A stretch of 64,000 bases of DNA. Source: Klebsormidium nitens (taxonomy: Eukaryota > Plantae > Klebsormidiophyceae). The notes beneath the pieces are model-generated. The model was not told where the DNA came from and searched no databases. It saw only the letters and a list, made by a program, of their open reading frames with translations. Positions 39,061 to 51,829 of this stretch are shown here, one piece after another (the first letter of the stretch is position 1; each line of letters begins with the position of its first letter). The position numbers were made by a program, and so were the translations under genes. The stretch spans positions 57,320 to 121,319 of the forward strand of contig DF237204.1 of the NCBI GenBank assembly GCA_000708835.1. Direction: 5' to 3'.

Positions 39061-42000
39061 ATGGCAAAGCAAGAAGCAAAGGTCCGCAAGCGCGCTGTGG
39101 TAGAGACTGTGAGTTTTCCAAAGCTCTCACTTTTCTCTTTTCTGCCTGCTTCTCCTGTGAGGCCCTCCGCTTGTGATTATCAGATGTACCCATGTTGTTC
39201 CAGGTCCAGGCTCTCTGCAGCTTGCATCAAGGTCAAAAGTATGTTGACGAGGCTCCGGCATTGCAGTTAAGAGGTGTGTCGGCCCTCTGGATGGCAATGC
39301 ACACCCCCGATGCCAGCCAAAGTTTAATCATCACATTTTCCGGGAAATAAGGAGCTTTCCAGTTTGGTTTGCAGCCACTCCAAGACATCTAAACGGTTAC
39401 TCAGAGCCCATATGTCTGTTTCCCTTGGTCATTGCCCATTGTAAGTAGACGTATCGTTTTTAACGGTTACAATCATGTTGGCGCCTTGAGAATTGATTTT
39501 GAGCATTATACTTGCTGAATGGCTGAGCATAATAGAGTATGAAAACTGCTTGATTTCTTAGCCTGTCTGGGTGGTTCACAATGTGGGGGCTTAGCCACGA
39601 CCACCACCCCTTCTTAGCTCTTCGAGGTAAGCGCTTGTATCCCCCTTAGTCACCGTCACTTTTGAGACAGGTCGATCTCAGGTCTCACACTCAACCTGCA
39701 GAGGCGATGGAGAGCCAGCCTGCACATCCTTTTGAGACCAGATTAGCCTTCCAATTAGCACATTGAACTCATTCACCTTTTTGTACGAATCCAGGCGGCG
39801 CCCGTCTCGGACGCCAGCACAGAGGGGCCCGTCCCTGTGGGGGAGCCCCACCCGTCGCAGGAGTCCCGCCTGGCGCAGTACTACGGGATTGTGGTGGTGG
39901 CTCTGGTCGTATTTGCCATCCTCTTCTACCTGGGCAAGAGAAATGAAGTGCAGGTCAGGGCCGGGTTTAACCTGTTTGAGTAGGATGTAGAAGTTTTTAC
40001 GATTGAGGGGTTTAGCGAGGGAAGGCGCGCCAGTGTCAAGCTGGAGGACATATCTTCACGAAATGGCTCAAGTCTGGCAAGCCATGAGGGAATAGTTTTG
40101 CAGACCTTTCAAGATGTCTGTTTGATCTGGGTCCAGCGCACCGGCATCCTGGTTGCCAGTCATCCCTGTGGCTGCTGCAGGTACACTGCAGCCTGCTAAG
40201 GACTAGCCTGCCTTGTGGGGTCGGAGGCGTGTCCAGGAGTCGCAATGCGTGAAACCTTTTCAATAGACACAACAGAGTACTTTGGCTTGCAGCTATCTTC
40301 TCCAAGACTTTCTCATGTTAAACGGTGCTCAAAGGGCTGGGCTTGCCCCACACCTCCATATGGAAGTAGGGAAACAAAGCCCCCGCTCGACCCAATCGAA
40401 TCGCCCCTTTCCAACACAACCAGAGCTTAGCCTCGAACATTCTGATGACAGTTCTTACTGGGTATGGTAACATGGGTGCCTCATTTGTTCTTATTTGTGA
40501 CGGAAGCCCTTTTCTCGCAGAGGCTCTGGTTCCCGGAGGAGCTGTCTGAATACACGGGGGCAGATGATAAGCCCATCCTGATCGCTATCCTGGGGTAAGC
40601 ACAGCATCCAGGCCGCATCGTCGCAAACAGTGGCAATTATTCACTGGTTGCATGTTCTGTCAGGACTGTCTGATCTTTGGACGTCCCATTGAAGGAGCAT
40701 CACTTACTTCACCAGACCGTCTAAACATCTTTTGCGGAAGCGTCAAGGAGCAGGGAAGCGGGAGTAGAGGCATCCATGCTGCCAAGCATCGATTGCCGTT
40801 GTCTCTTAAGGCACGCTTTTTTGACTGATCAAGTTGCTGCGCTACTCTAGAAGAAAATGCATGAGCAAAAGGCTCGGTCGAGAAGAACCGGCATACGGTT
40901 CCAGTTTTGCCTGTTTTCTGTGTCAGTCTTCTGGGTGTCAAATCGACATTACATACCTGAAATAGGAGGGATGAAGAGATGCGTGCGGCTGAAGACGACT
41001 CTGATGACAAACGCTATAACGAAGGCTCATCAAAGCGCTGTGTTAGCACAACATTCGACGGCTCCTTCATATCCGACTTGGCCAAAGTCCGTGCCGCTCT
41101 TGGAGGTAGCTTACCTGTCGAAGCTGGTCCCTCTATGTACTCTAGCCTTCAGAATAACCGACAACAACTTCGTCCTCTCCTTAGGACCGTCTTTGACGTC
41201 ACTAAAGGTGCTGATCATTACGGGCCAGGAGGAGGGTACTCGCATTTCGCAGGCAGGTGAGCATCTTTGGAGCAATTTATTGCTTCTTCATGTCCATAAA
41301 TGCTTACCAATTGCCTTTGCAATGCTAGACTCAAATCTTTCAACCCCTGAGTGTCGTGAAGAGTCGACAGAGCGGTTGTTGTTACTTGAGCGAGGCGTTG
41401 AATATCAAAGCTTGCAGAAGGACGTTGAACGCCGTGCCATTACAGTCACTTCGTGCCAGTTCCGAAAAGGTCCAGGCCGGCGACTCTCGCACAGAGGTTT
41501 CTCCTCCTTTTTGTTTGACAACGGACACGCTCCTTCCTCTTTCGCGATTCACTGCGGGGGCCACACTCGGCAAGATGAAAATACAATCGGCAGGGCCTGG
41601 ACGTAAGCATGCGAATCGTAACTGGTCCGGCTGCCCGTGTGTGCAGGGACGCGTCTGCTGCGTTTGTGACGGGCGACTTCAGCCCCGCGGGGCTGACGGA
41701 CGACGTGTCGGGGCTGGCGCCGTCGCAGGTGGCGGGCGTGGCACAGTGGCGCCAATTCTACGTGGAGCGCTACAAGCAGGTGGGCGTGCTGGCCGGGCGG
41801 TACTACGACGACCGCGGGGAGGCCACGGCGGCGCTGCGCAGCGTGGAGGCCGCGCTGGAGGAGGCCGCGCACGAGGACGCGCGCAGAAAGGAGGAGGAGA
41901 AGCAGTACCCCGCCTGCAACTCGCGCTGGTCACAGGCGGCCGGGGGGGAGGTGAGGCCGCGGCGAGGGCGTCTGACGGCGAAGAGCTGCAGACTTAGGTA

Positions 42001-42885
42001 TGATCTGAGAATGTTTCTGCGCGCCACAAGGAAATGCAGGCCTAAACGAATCACAAGGACGAGGAGGAGGTGAGGACGTGAGGACTTGAGGCTGACTAGC
42101 CTGCGAACCCATCTGAGGCACTGGCAAGCTTTTGAGAGGCAGCTTGAGGGAAGGGGATGTTTTCTTCGCAATGGAGCTCTGATATCACCGAAGAAGGGTC
42201 TGTCGGCACTGGCGGATTTGTAGGGAGCTTAGAGAGGGCACCTTATTGCCCTGCGTCTGAGAGGAATTAGCGGATCAAGGGCAGTAATGCTGTTTGAGAA
42301 GATCAGATCTCTGTTGTCGAAGCGTCCCTGGAGGCAACTGGAGGGGAAGGGAGGAAACGATGCCTAAACTTCTGCAGCTCAGTGGGTGATAGTGCGGTAT
42401 TTTGGAAAGGAGTAACTCTACTTGGGATTGCGAATGATCCCCATCGATAGCCGTGGCGTGTACTTCGCCCTTAGGCTCCCTGCTCGTCAGTTCTTTTGTG
42501 ATCAATTATGTACCACAATAGTTGAGCATACGGCAGGTCGTTGATGCTGATCCGACAAGAAATGCTCCACCCGTCACTTCGATCCCCTCGCATCCCCCAA
42601 TCATTTCTACAGGCTTGCTTTTGAAACTATTTTCCGTTTGTTCTAAACCCGTGGCCTTTCTTTGGGGCCATTCAACCTAAAAGACCAGGAGGATCTGTCT
42701 AGACAAGCTCGTTTTCACTGTGGCTGCAGGTGTGGTGTGATAAAGGGTTTCCAAGACAGTTCTTCTCGGGCAGCGAGCATCTTGGCACTCGTTGCGCTTG
42801 TGTACAAGCTCAAGATCTCGACCGGCCAGATCTTCGCCAATACGCATCTTGCGAGAAGTACGACAACAGGTGCAAGACATCTTAG
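39061..42885 (+). CDS. Membrane-anchored cytochrome b5-like heme/steroid-binding protein (MAPR4/neuferricin CYB5D2-like)
   Basis: Exons are about 39061-39108, 39796-39953, 40522-40594, 41186-41257, 41648-41951 and 42730-42885. They give a TM segment (YYGIVVVALVVFAILFYLG), then LWFPEELSEYTG...[42 protein letters not shown]. The Cys-rich tail YPACNSRWSQ...VWC...RCACV...C is typical of neuferricin/MAPR4. Confidence 0.92.
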
Positions 42886-43604
42886 GTACTGTGGCCGTTA
42901 TGATTCAGATTCCGCGATAACGGTTTCTTACTCAATCAACAAATTGCATTGTATGAGGCATTGCATGAGGCATTGAGAAGGTTCCAAACTTCCAATTCGA
43001 GAAAGAAGGAACAAATAGTGGGGCCCAAGTCGGTCTTTTGAATCGATATTATTTCATGTATCTGGCTTGCTCAGTCGGACTCAAGGGCCGCTACAGTAAG
43101 CCTGTCGGCTTCATGCATAGTCGCGGCCTACGCAATTCCACAAATGGATGCGTAGAAGATCCAATAATTGAGCATGTTGGAGGTCAAAGCCCTCCAGCTA
43201 GGCTCATTGATGTTCAAACACTTCGACTCACTATTGATTGAAGCCCAACTGGGCCACGACGGTCGAGTCGTGTATCGTGCATGACCGGCCGGCGAGCCGT
43301 TGGATCGCGATGACCGGCGGTTTTTTTGAGACTCAAAGACTTACGTAACTTGCCAACGGCGTACACAACTTGCTGGGCCCTCTAGGTTGAAGCCATGTTG
43401 CAACGTAAACAGTCAAAGATTGCATGCAATGATGGATGATCTTATATGTGCAATGTTTTCTATCCTGATTGAATAGCACACAAACATGAGCAGCCGCCCT
43501 TCTATAGCTGGCACCGCATGCACTTAAGAACTTAAATCATAATGCAGGATGAGGTAGCTAGGTAGGTACTTAAGTCTCGATTTTATGTTGAGCTAGTGGG
43601 GTGT

Positions 43605-43740
43605 ATGTTGAGTTAGATCAGTACCCCGGGCGCAAACAAACTAAAACCTAAACCCAATGTTAACATGCTCTGCTACCGTACCCAGCCTAAACCCCCAAAC
43701 CAACCCCCACCCGTCCCCCGGGCATGACCTAACTCAACAT
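43605..43740. mobile_element. 136-bp TIR-bounded mini-element with internal telomere-like C-strand repeats
   Basis: Left end ATGTTGAGTTAGATCA matches the reverse complement of the right end, ATGTTGAGTTAGGTCA (15/16). Both are followed inward by CCCGGG. CCTAAACCC occurs internally at 43647-43655 and 43686-43694. No TSD was found. Confidence 0.5.
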
Positions 43741-44234
43741 GGCGCCGTAATTGGCTAGGAGACAGTCAGTTTCAACTGATAATTAACGAAATTGCGGCCT
43801 CGTGCCGCTAAACGACAAGCTTTATGAGCCCTCTAAAGCGTTAGATGAAAATCGCCGTCCATCGACCGCCATTTATAAAAGAAGGCTCCAAGTCTGCACC
43901 GTACGATGAAAACTCGGTAAAGAACGGTTCGATAAGATGAGCCCTCCAATCATGAGCATTAATGATAAGCGGACAGATTAGTGGGATTTATCGAATTAAA
44001 AATCGATAAACAAATCCTAATTCACTCGAAATTCAACATTGCTCAATCGTCGATGCTGCTCAGGCAAGCACCATCCACGGTTCAGATCGCCCGGTACAGG
44101 TTGTGGGTACCGAAGACTAGGCGCCACCCGGGGCAGTTCACTGAGCGTTATTACGGGTCTTTAGATCCAAAACCAAAAGCCTGAATCTATACCCAGTTCC
44201 CTCAGCTCGTAGACCCGGTGCCATAAGTCCCGTA

Positions 44235-44282
44235 CTAGGAGGAGACCGCCCGAAGGGCGGTCTCCCTCCTAGCCCATTCTAG
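44235..44282 (+). mobile_element. Helitron-like 3' terminus (GC hairpin, then CTAG, then T)
   Basis: The hairpin is CTAGGAGGAGACCGCCC-GAA-GGGCGGTCTCCCTCCTAG (44235-44272). CTAG follows at 44279-44282, then T. The 5' TC end was not identified. Confidence 0.35.
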
Positions 44283-45136
44283 TTCAACAACATGAAATCG
44301 AGCCTCAGAGTTTGGAGGCGGCCGGCCATGATGCTCAGGCAGGCGGCATGATGCGCGCGCATCGCTTCGACGACCCGTAGACCGGTCACCGGCCGGCCCC
44401 ACTGAGGTGGCCTGGAGATCTAGTCTTATTACGTGATTGGGACGATGCAAGGCCGGGGCCAGCGGCCCTCCCCGCGCGAAACCCCGACACCTGATGTGCG
44501 CGCGTGTCGGTACCGTGCGGTACCTATTACCAGTATACATAATACAAGCCGCTTTTCACCGTACCAGGCCAAGCCCGGTACCTACTACCTGCTCAGCCAC
44601 GTATAGCTGATGCGCTGGCAGGCTCTCCGCCACGTCCAACCGCATGGGATGGCAAATCTTTGACGCGTGTGAAAAGCAGTTCTGCTTGGCGCAAAAGCGA
44701 AAAGCAAAAGGCGCAGATTCAAAAAGTGCACGCAGAAGATTTGTGGTTGGAACAATCTGCAGATTCTCCAGATTGGTAGCCGTCCGATGGGGATCCTAAG
44801 GCTAGAAGGGTAGATGAACATGTGGGCACTTTACGGTTCTTTTACGGACGCTTTTGCTTTTCCTTGTTCCGGACGTTCGAAAGATTGTTGTGGTCCAGTT
44901 TGGTCGTTGCGGTTGAGTGCTTCTGGAATCTGGTCCACATCTGAGAGGCTCGGACAAGCATGTCCGGCGACCAGCATCGACGGCACCGGGACTTTTTAGA
45001 CCCTGATCGACGGCGGAGAACTGCGGACCTTTTCCCTTTTCGGAATCCACATTCTCAGCCAGAAGTGACCCGCAGGCCCTGCGAGCCACAAGAGAGGGGG
45101 GAAGGGGAACATGAAGCTCTGAAGATACTAGCCTGC

Positions 45137-45144
45137 AAATATCT
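45137..45144 (+). promoter_or_regulatory. Evening-element core AAATATCT upstream of the CCA1/LHY-like gene
   Basis: Exact 8-mer about 340 bp before the predicted ATG, with a partial AATATCT at 45242-45248. A motif this short could occur by chance. Confidence 0.25.
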
Positions 45145-45485
45145 CCAGGGGCGTTGCAAGTTGCAAGGTGGAGGCAAGGAGAACGACCTACTTTGCCCAT
45201 CTAGCTAGCTGACAAGGGCTTCCCAAAAGGGCTCAGCAAGGAATATCTCTCCAGCTGGACTGCTAGTGTAGGCAGTGTGGAGGGCACGTTCGTGAATTGC
45301 TCGTTTGATACTTACGAGTTGGTATTATCGTGAAAGTTGCCCCTCGAGCAGAGCACGCTCTTGAGTCGCTATCAGAGAAGGGTCACGTTGCTGCAAAGGA
45401 GATTTGTATAGAAACATCTGTTGTTAGAGAAAGGGCATCTTTGGATTCCAGTGGATGGACACGACGTTGCGGGAAACAAACAAGC

Positions 45486-48400
45486 ATGGACATGATGCAG
45501 ACGGGATATCAAAACCAGAGTCAGGTAAGAGCCGACTGCTTCTTTATAGAAGGGATGGGGCAAGAGTGGGTTTTTGGTTTGGTCAGAACACCCCAGTGGA
45601 ATCTGCAGAGTATCATCCATTCCTCAATTTGGAGAAGGCATCACCACTGTGGGGAGGAAACGTGTGAGCATGTATTGAGCAGAAGAGGAGGCATAGGGGG
45701 AACTCTTCGAATATTCAAGATCGAGTTGTGTTAGATAAACACTTCTCAAGTTGGTGCAAACAACCAAACCTTGGCATAAGTTGATCTTTGAGAACCTAGG
45801 CACCTGCAGTAGTCTGATCTGTCTTGCCTTCTTGCACCCTATATTGGTGGTCAGCGTGAGAGTTCAGTGGGTTGCCAGGAGATCACAGAGGGCTGGAAGA
45901 GGGCAGCAGCCTGAAGCAGGAGGCACGTAGGCTGGACCCTACGTTGCTGGAAGGATTTTTTGTGGCCTGACAGGACATGTTTAAGAATAAGAGGGGGACA
46001 CCTGCAATGGATTGCATGAGTGCCTGTCTGAGTAGCTTTTTGGGCTTTGTTGGGTCTACAGAGGCAGCTAGGCAACGCTGCTAGTCCTTAACCGTGCTAC
46101 ACGTCCTCCACGTTTGAAGATCCAAACCTTGAAAGTCTATGAGCCTCTGACATAGATGTTGTGATGACAACCTTTCTGTTGTTGCTGAACAGAGTCAGGG
46201 CTGGCCTAGGTGCAGCTGACAGCAGCAATGTTGGTGCTTGACCTTGTTTTCTTTCATAGTTCAGTGGGTTTGGCTTGTATGGCATTTCCGTTTCTAACAT
46301 CCAGGCGGCTTCTTAAGGCTGGCATCGTACACAAGCTTTCTTATGAATACAGCATAGCAGTACGGGTTGGCTGCCTGTCTAGGAGTGCAGGGGGCATTCA
46401 AGTATCATGAAGCTGGGTACCTTGTAGGTAGTAGTTTTTCAAAAAGAACGAAAGGGAAAGCGGGAGTGAGATTCACCTGGCCTGAGAAACGCAGTCTTGG
46501 GTGAGACAGTGAGAGTGGATATCAGGAGATGCAAGTCAAGGTTCAGGCTCTAGGTTGTGGTTAGAGGTCTCTGAACGCTGGCTCCCCCCAGTCCTTAGCT
46601 GGTGCTCTTTGGGCAAAACCTTGGATACTAGGTTGCAAAAGAGGGTTCTCCAGGGATCGCATGCACCCTTCAAGGTGCGGGGGTGGGGGGGGGGTTTTGA
46701 CTTTTAGACAACCATTGCCCCTATTGGGCCGGAAAGCGTTGGCCAGCCATTCGTTGCTGTACTTATATCATCTTGTGCTTGTCTGTGCAGGATGGCACCA
46801 GTCCGCGCCCCAGTTTCTGGCCCCAGTTTATGATGGGCCAAGGGGGTATGGTCCCCCCCGGTCAAGTCCCCCCCCTGGCGGGGGGCCCCGCTGTCTACCC
46901 CAGCGGCCCTACCCCCGCCCTTGCTCGCTACCCCTCTGGGAGCGTGCGTCCCAGCCTGCCTGCGCCCCTGCTGATGCCTGTGCCCCCGCAGCCGCTGCAC
47001 CACGCGCAGAGTGGGGGCCCGCTCATCCAACAGATGCAGCCGGGAGCCAAGCCCTCCACGTCAGAGAGCTTGTCCACTAAGGTGGGGACAAGGGTCGGGC
47101 GAGTAGGGTCTGTGCGTGTGGTTGAGGACGTCTGTTTGCCCCTCTACTGGTGTTCTCCTCAGGAGACAGCAAGTCTCTTCGTCTGTCGTCCAGACTTCCC
47201 TCAGGGGCTTCTTGTGTTTGCCTGCCTGGCTGTATTTCTGATTAGCCTCTGAGCCTGTGCATTTCCCTTCTTTGAGGATCCCCTGTGCTGACGCTCTACC
47301 CTGCTTCGCTCGTCACAGGTACGTAAGCCATACACCATCACCAAGCAGCGTGAGCGCTGGACTGAGGCAGAGCACGACCGCTTCTTGGAGGCGCTCAAGC
47401 TGCACGGCCGCGCCTGGCGCAAGATCGAGGGTGAGTACGTAGCTGCTTGCATGCTTCTTGGAGGCTGTGCGCTTCTGCGCTCCCTGACCCCCCTCCTTGA
47501 CAGGCATTCCAGGGTGTGCCTGGCTGTCTGTAGGTAGACTGGCTTGTGAGGGCCGACGATGTACACTTGACATGTACAGGTTGTCTGGCCGTGCCTTGTC
47601 CCCTTCTGACCCTCTTTTCCTCTTGTTGGCTACAGAGCACATCGGGTCCAAGACTGCTGTCCAGATCAGGAGCCACGCCCAGAAGTTTTTCTCCAAGGTT
47701 AGCATCTAATCTGCACCTCTTTTCTTTGTCCAAGTCGTTGCTATGCATCATCGTTTGGTCTCGTCTAAAGAGTTTACTTGCTTTGGAATGGTAGGATTGG
47801 GTGCCAAGCAATAATTTCTAAGGATGTCTCGTTGTTTCCTTGTCCTGAAGGAAGCCAGTTCCGCATAACCTGCTGCTCTGTTCCTGAGCAGCATCCCTTT
47901 TGTAAGCTTCTTTTTTCAAGTCAAAGCTTGGCCTTAGAAGTCACGAGGAGCTTTGTTGAGGCTTCACTTTGGATGCCAAACCTTGGTTCTGTAGTCCTCA
48001 ACCTGCCAAGAAAGTAAAGTTCTACTTAGCAATCTCACTTCTGTGACTTGAAGAATCATGCCAACTGAGAAACACTGGAGTCTCACTTAGAAGGAAACAG
48101 AGATGTCGCAAAGCCGCAACCTGATCAAGTTTCGTGTCTATCTGCAGTTGGAGCGTGAAGGCAGCACGGCCAACCCTGCCAGCAGTGCTCCTGAGATTGA
48201 CATCCCGCCTCCCCGCCCCAAGCGCAAGCCTAGCCACCCGTACCCGCGCAAGGCGGGCGGCAACATGAGCGAGAGTGAGAGTGAGTACGGGCCCAGCCCC
48301 CGGACAGGGTCGCGCACCGAGCCCCTTGACGAGGCCCTCAGCCCCAACACCGACTCCCTCCAGGTCAGGCAACAACCTGGCAACAAACGTGTGATGTGTT

Positions 48401-51400
48401 TGTTGCACCTGAGGCCTTTGAACCCAGCTTCCAGAAGACGGGCGTGCACTGCTTGCCAATGGCTGCACTGAGGTCACCTCTCTGGCCTCTTGAGTGTTTG
48501 TTATCCGTGTGGAAGGTGTGTGTAGACTGGGCCTCTTGGTCAAAAGGTACCTGTGTGCATGAGCTTTTAGTGAAAGCTTGAACTTGTGGTTTGGTTCCAT
48601 CAATTGGTTCAGTTAGTTTAGAGAGTCGTTCAGAGATGCTTGGGAAGTTGCTTTGAGTTCAATAGATTTGGAGAAGCCCTTCACAGAGAACAAAGTCTTC
48701 TCAAATACAACAAGTTTTCATGAGCTCTTGACCTGCAAGATGCTATCCTCAAGCCACTGACTTGCCCCCCCTTCTTGTGCAGCGGGGACAGTCGCGCAGC
48801 TTCTCGCTGTGGCGCAATGGCTCTGCCCCGGAGCTGCCCCTGGGTCCCTCTCCTGCTGTCTCCAGAGACCCTGCTGCGCTGCCCCTCTCTCTGGGCCGCT
48901 CTGTCTCCGTGGGCCCCGCCCTGCCAGACACCCAGCAGCAGTACAACAGCCTCAAGCTCTTTGGACAGCTGCTGGGGCCCAAACGAGGCGAGAAGGACGA
49001 AGGGGACCAGCAAAGAGGTGAGACACTGCGGCGGCTGCCAAGGTCGTGGGCGTCTGGTCGTTTGTGCCAGCAACTAGTTTGGACTCCCTGCCCTGCACCT
49101 GCCTACCTTCTCTCTTGGGTTGCTGCATGCGTCCTGTTTCCTGCCTGCTTCTCGCCTGGTGCTGAACCGGGCTCCTCGTTCCCCCCCAGGTGCTACCAAG
49201 CTCCTGCTGGAGGATGGCTGTGAGCGGCACGCCACCTCGGAGCGCAGCTTCCTCGAGTCGGGGGTGTCCTCCGCTGTGATTGAGGGCGACGCTACCGACT
49301 CGTACGCCCCCAGCACCAGCGGCCGCGTCTTCCCCTCGCAATCCCACAGCAAGGACCTCCACCGCCAACAGAGCTCCAGCCAGCGGGGGGACTCCAAGGA
49401 CTTCGCCTTCGCTGCCCCCCCACCAAAGGGCAGCGCACCTGCGGGGAGGCCATCCCAGATGCCGGCTACCCAGCAGACTCCCCCTTTCTCCAAGCCCGAG
49501 ATGGCCTTCTCTCAGGCCCCCGCTCCGGCCCTGTTTGCGCCCGCCATGTCGGGAGCAATGCCTGCGCAGCTGGCGCAGATGATGGCCACCCAGTATGCGG
49601 CGGGGGGGCAGTTTGGCGGGAGCGCGCAGCAGTGGATGCCGTTTGGGGCGGGGGGTCCCTGGGGCAATGCGGCGTTTGAGCAGCTGGCCATGCTGGCGCA
49701 GATGAACGCCTACAACACGGCCAACAGCAACCCGTTCGGGCCATGGGGAGCCAACCCGGCGGCCATGTGGGGCGGATTTGGACTTGGGCAAAATGCGCAA
49801 GGGGCGGGGGGCACAGGGGCGGAGGGCCAGAGCGCAGAGGAGGCGGCTGCAGAGAGCCGAGCCGCAGCGGCGGCAGTGGCAGCAGCAACCATGGCAGCAG
49901 GTGAGAGACGGGGCAAAATTAAAAGTGTGGCTGGCAAGAAGCAAGTTTGGACTACCATGGACGGTCAACAGTCTCAAGGCAGTTTCAAAGTACCTTCTGA
50001 TGTTGTTATAAAGTATTCTCAGCCTGTGAGGTACACTGGTCGATGGCAAGGAACCTACCTTGATTTGGGGCAAGTCGACTCTGCACGCTGTCTCGAGCTC
50101 CTCCCGCAGCCTATCTTCAAACACTCCTCTGACCCCCTTCCTCGCCTTTGTTGGTGCAGCGTCTGCCTGGTGGACTCTTCAGAACAATGCAGCGGCAGCG
50201 GCGCAAATGGGGCGGCCTTCGGCCCTGCCCTTCCCGACCCCACCCTACCCGCAACAACAGCAGCAGCAGCAGCCTGCCAGCGCCCCCCAGGGCCCCTCCC
50301 CTGCAGACTACGGCGCCCCCCCCCTCCTGCGCATGCCCACTGCGCACTCCGTGCAGCGGGGCGCGCGCTCCGAAGAGACGCCCATTCGCCCCAATTCGCC
50401 CCCAGCTTCCGCCAAGGAGTCGGAGCTGGAGCAGAAAGGGGCCGCAGGGGGCACCCCGCGCATGGCGGTGCCGTCCGCAAGTGCGCCCCAGCCTGAGATG
50501 GAGGCGGCCAGCAGTGACCCCAGGAGCATGGGGGCCCCAGGGGGCGTACCCCGTGAGGCGGCCATCCGGCGGGCGGAGAGAGCGAACAAGCTGCGGGAGC
50601 TCAAGGGGCGGAGCGGGAAAGCGGGCGACCTGCTGGCCGACTCGAGTGTGACGCCCGGCGTGTTCACGGACTCGTGCCCTTGGGCATCATCGCAGACCCG
50701 GCGCAGCCTGGAGAGCAGCGCAGACAAGGAGTCGGCGGCGGTGCAGAAAGGCGGAGAACGGGGGGACCACAAGGGGGCCGCAGAGGAGGGGCGGGTGCAG
50801 CTTAAGGGGGGGGAGCAGAAGGAGGAGCAGCACGCGCTGGAGGCGGCGATTCTGAAGAAGCTGAAGAAAGACGAACGGCGGCGGGACAAGCTGCGCACCC
50901 AAAGCGCGAGCGGGAGCAACGAGCCAGCCGGAAGGGCAGAGAGCGCGGCAGGGCACTCCAACGACAGGACGGCAGAGCCTGCACCGCAAAGGGGGGGGTC
51001 GCCGCCCGAGGTCAGCAACTCGGATGGTGGGGCAAGCGGCAGCGGGAAAGAAGGGAGCGGGGGAGGCCCGAGCTCCAATTCGTCGGCCGTGGGAGACATC
51101 CCCAACGAGGACCAGCAGGGGGCTCGGGGGCGGGCGGGCAGCGAGGGGGCGTCCACGGAGGGGGAGCGTGAGCAGGCGGGGGAGAGGGGAGGCCAGCAGA
51201 AGGGCACAAGTCCGGCTGAGGACGAGCGGCCCGGTGAGGGAGCGCCGGAGCCCCCTCAGGGCGACGACAGGCAGGCGGGCAGTAAGCCAGGCCGGCCGTT
51301 CGACGAGTTGTTCAGGCACCAGCCGCAGCTGCAGATTGCACCCGCACTGATGGAGCAGGGCAGCGACGATCGGACCCCGACCGCCCGCTCAGGCCAGGCC

Positions 51401-51829
51401 GGCGGCAAAGACGGGGCGGTGGGGGAGGGGCTGGTGCGCAGCGCGTCAGGAAAGCACCATCACCACCGGCACCACCACCACGCTGGCAACAAGAACGCGT
51501 CTGCTGCTACGCTCGGCAGTAGCACCGCAGGGGGGTCCTCCGGGTTTGTCCCGTACAAGGGCTATCAGGGCACCTTTGTGAGTCAGGGGAGCCTCGACTC
51601 GCAAGGCCGGGGCAGGGAGATCAAGCACGATAGGCCTGACCCGGGGGCGGACCTGCCCAGCCCGGCCAAGAGGCAACGGGTGCAGGTAGTGGCGGGGGAG
51701 GGGGTAACTAGAGATGGGGGTGAAGAGAGGAGGTCCAGGAGTCCTCCCACAGAAAAGCGGAGCTCGCCAGCGGGCGGAGGGGGAGGAGGGGGTGGGGTCA
51801 CGGGTCTGTCTATGCTTATGCAGTTCTAA
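45486..51829 (+). CDS. LHY: CCA1/LHY-type single Myb (SHAQKF) clock transcription factor, about 1111 aa
   Basis: Exons are 45486-45524, 46791-47081, 47319-47430, 47636-47697, 48148-48363, 48783-49017, 49190-49900 and 50160-51829, and they sum in frame. Motifs: [81 protein letters not shown], and AAATMAAASAWW formed across the last intron. Confidence 0.93.

Noticed and set aside
30174-42885. Apparent membrane/lipid gene cluster (LPEAT, PRA1, MAPR)
   Set aside because: These are broad housekeeping functions with no shared pathway, so adjacency alone is not evidence.
43630-43700. Telomerase RNA gene with a dual-register template CTAAAACCTAAACCC
   Set aside because: There is no TATA/USE type-3 promoter upstream and no nearby T-run terminator, and the motif lies inside TIRs. 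It is kept only as a telomere-like insert.
48952-51319. Long - strand ORFs (390 aa, 299 aa, 210 aa)
   Set aside because: They are antisense to the GC-rich LHY-like exons and show no independent domain signal.
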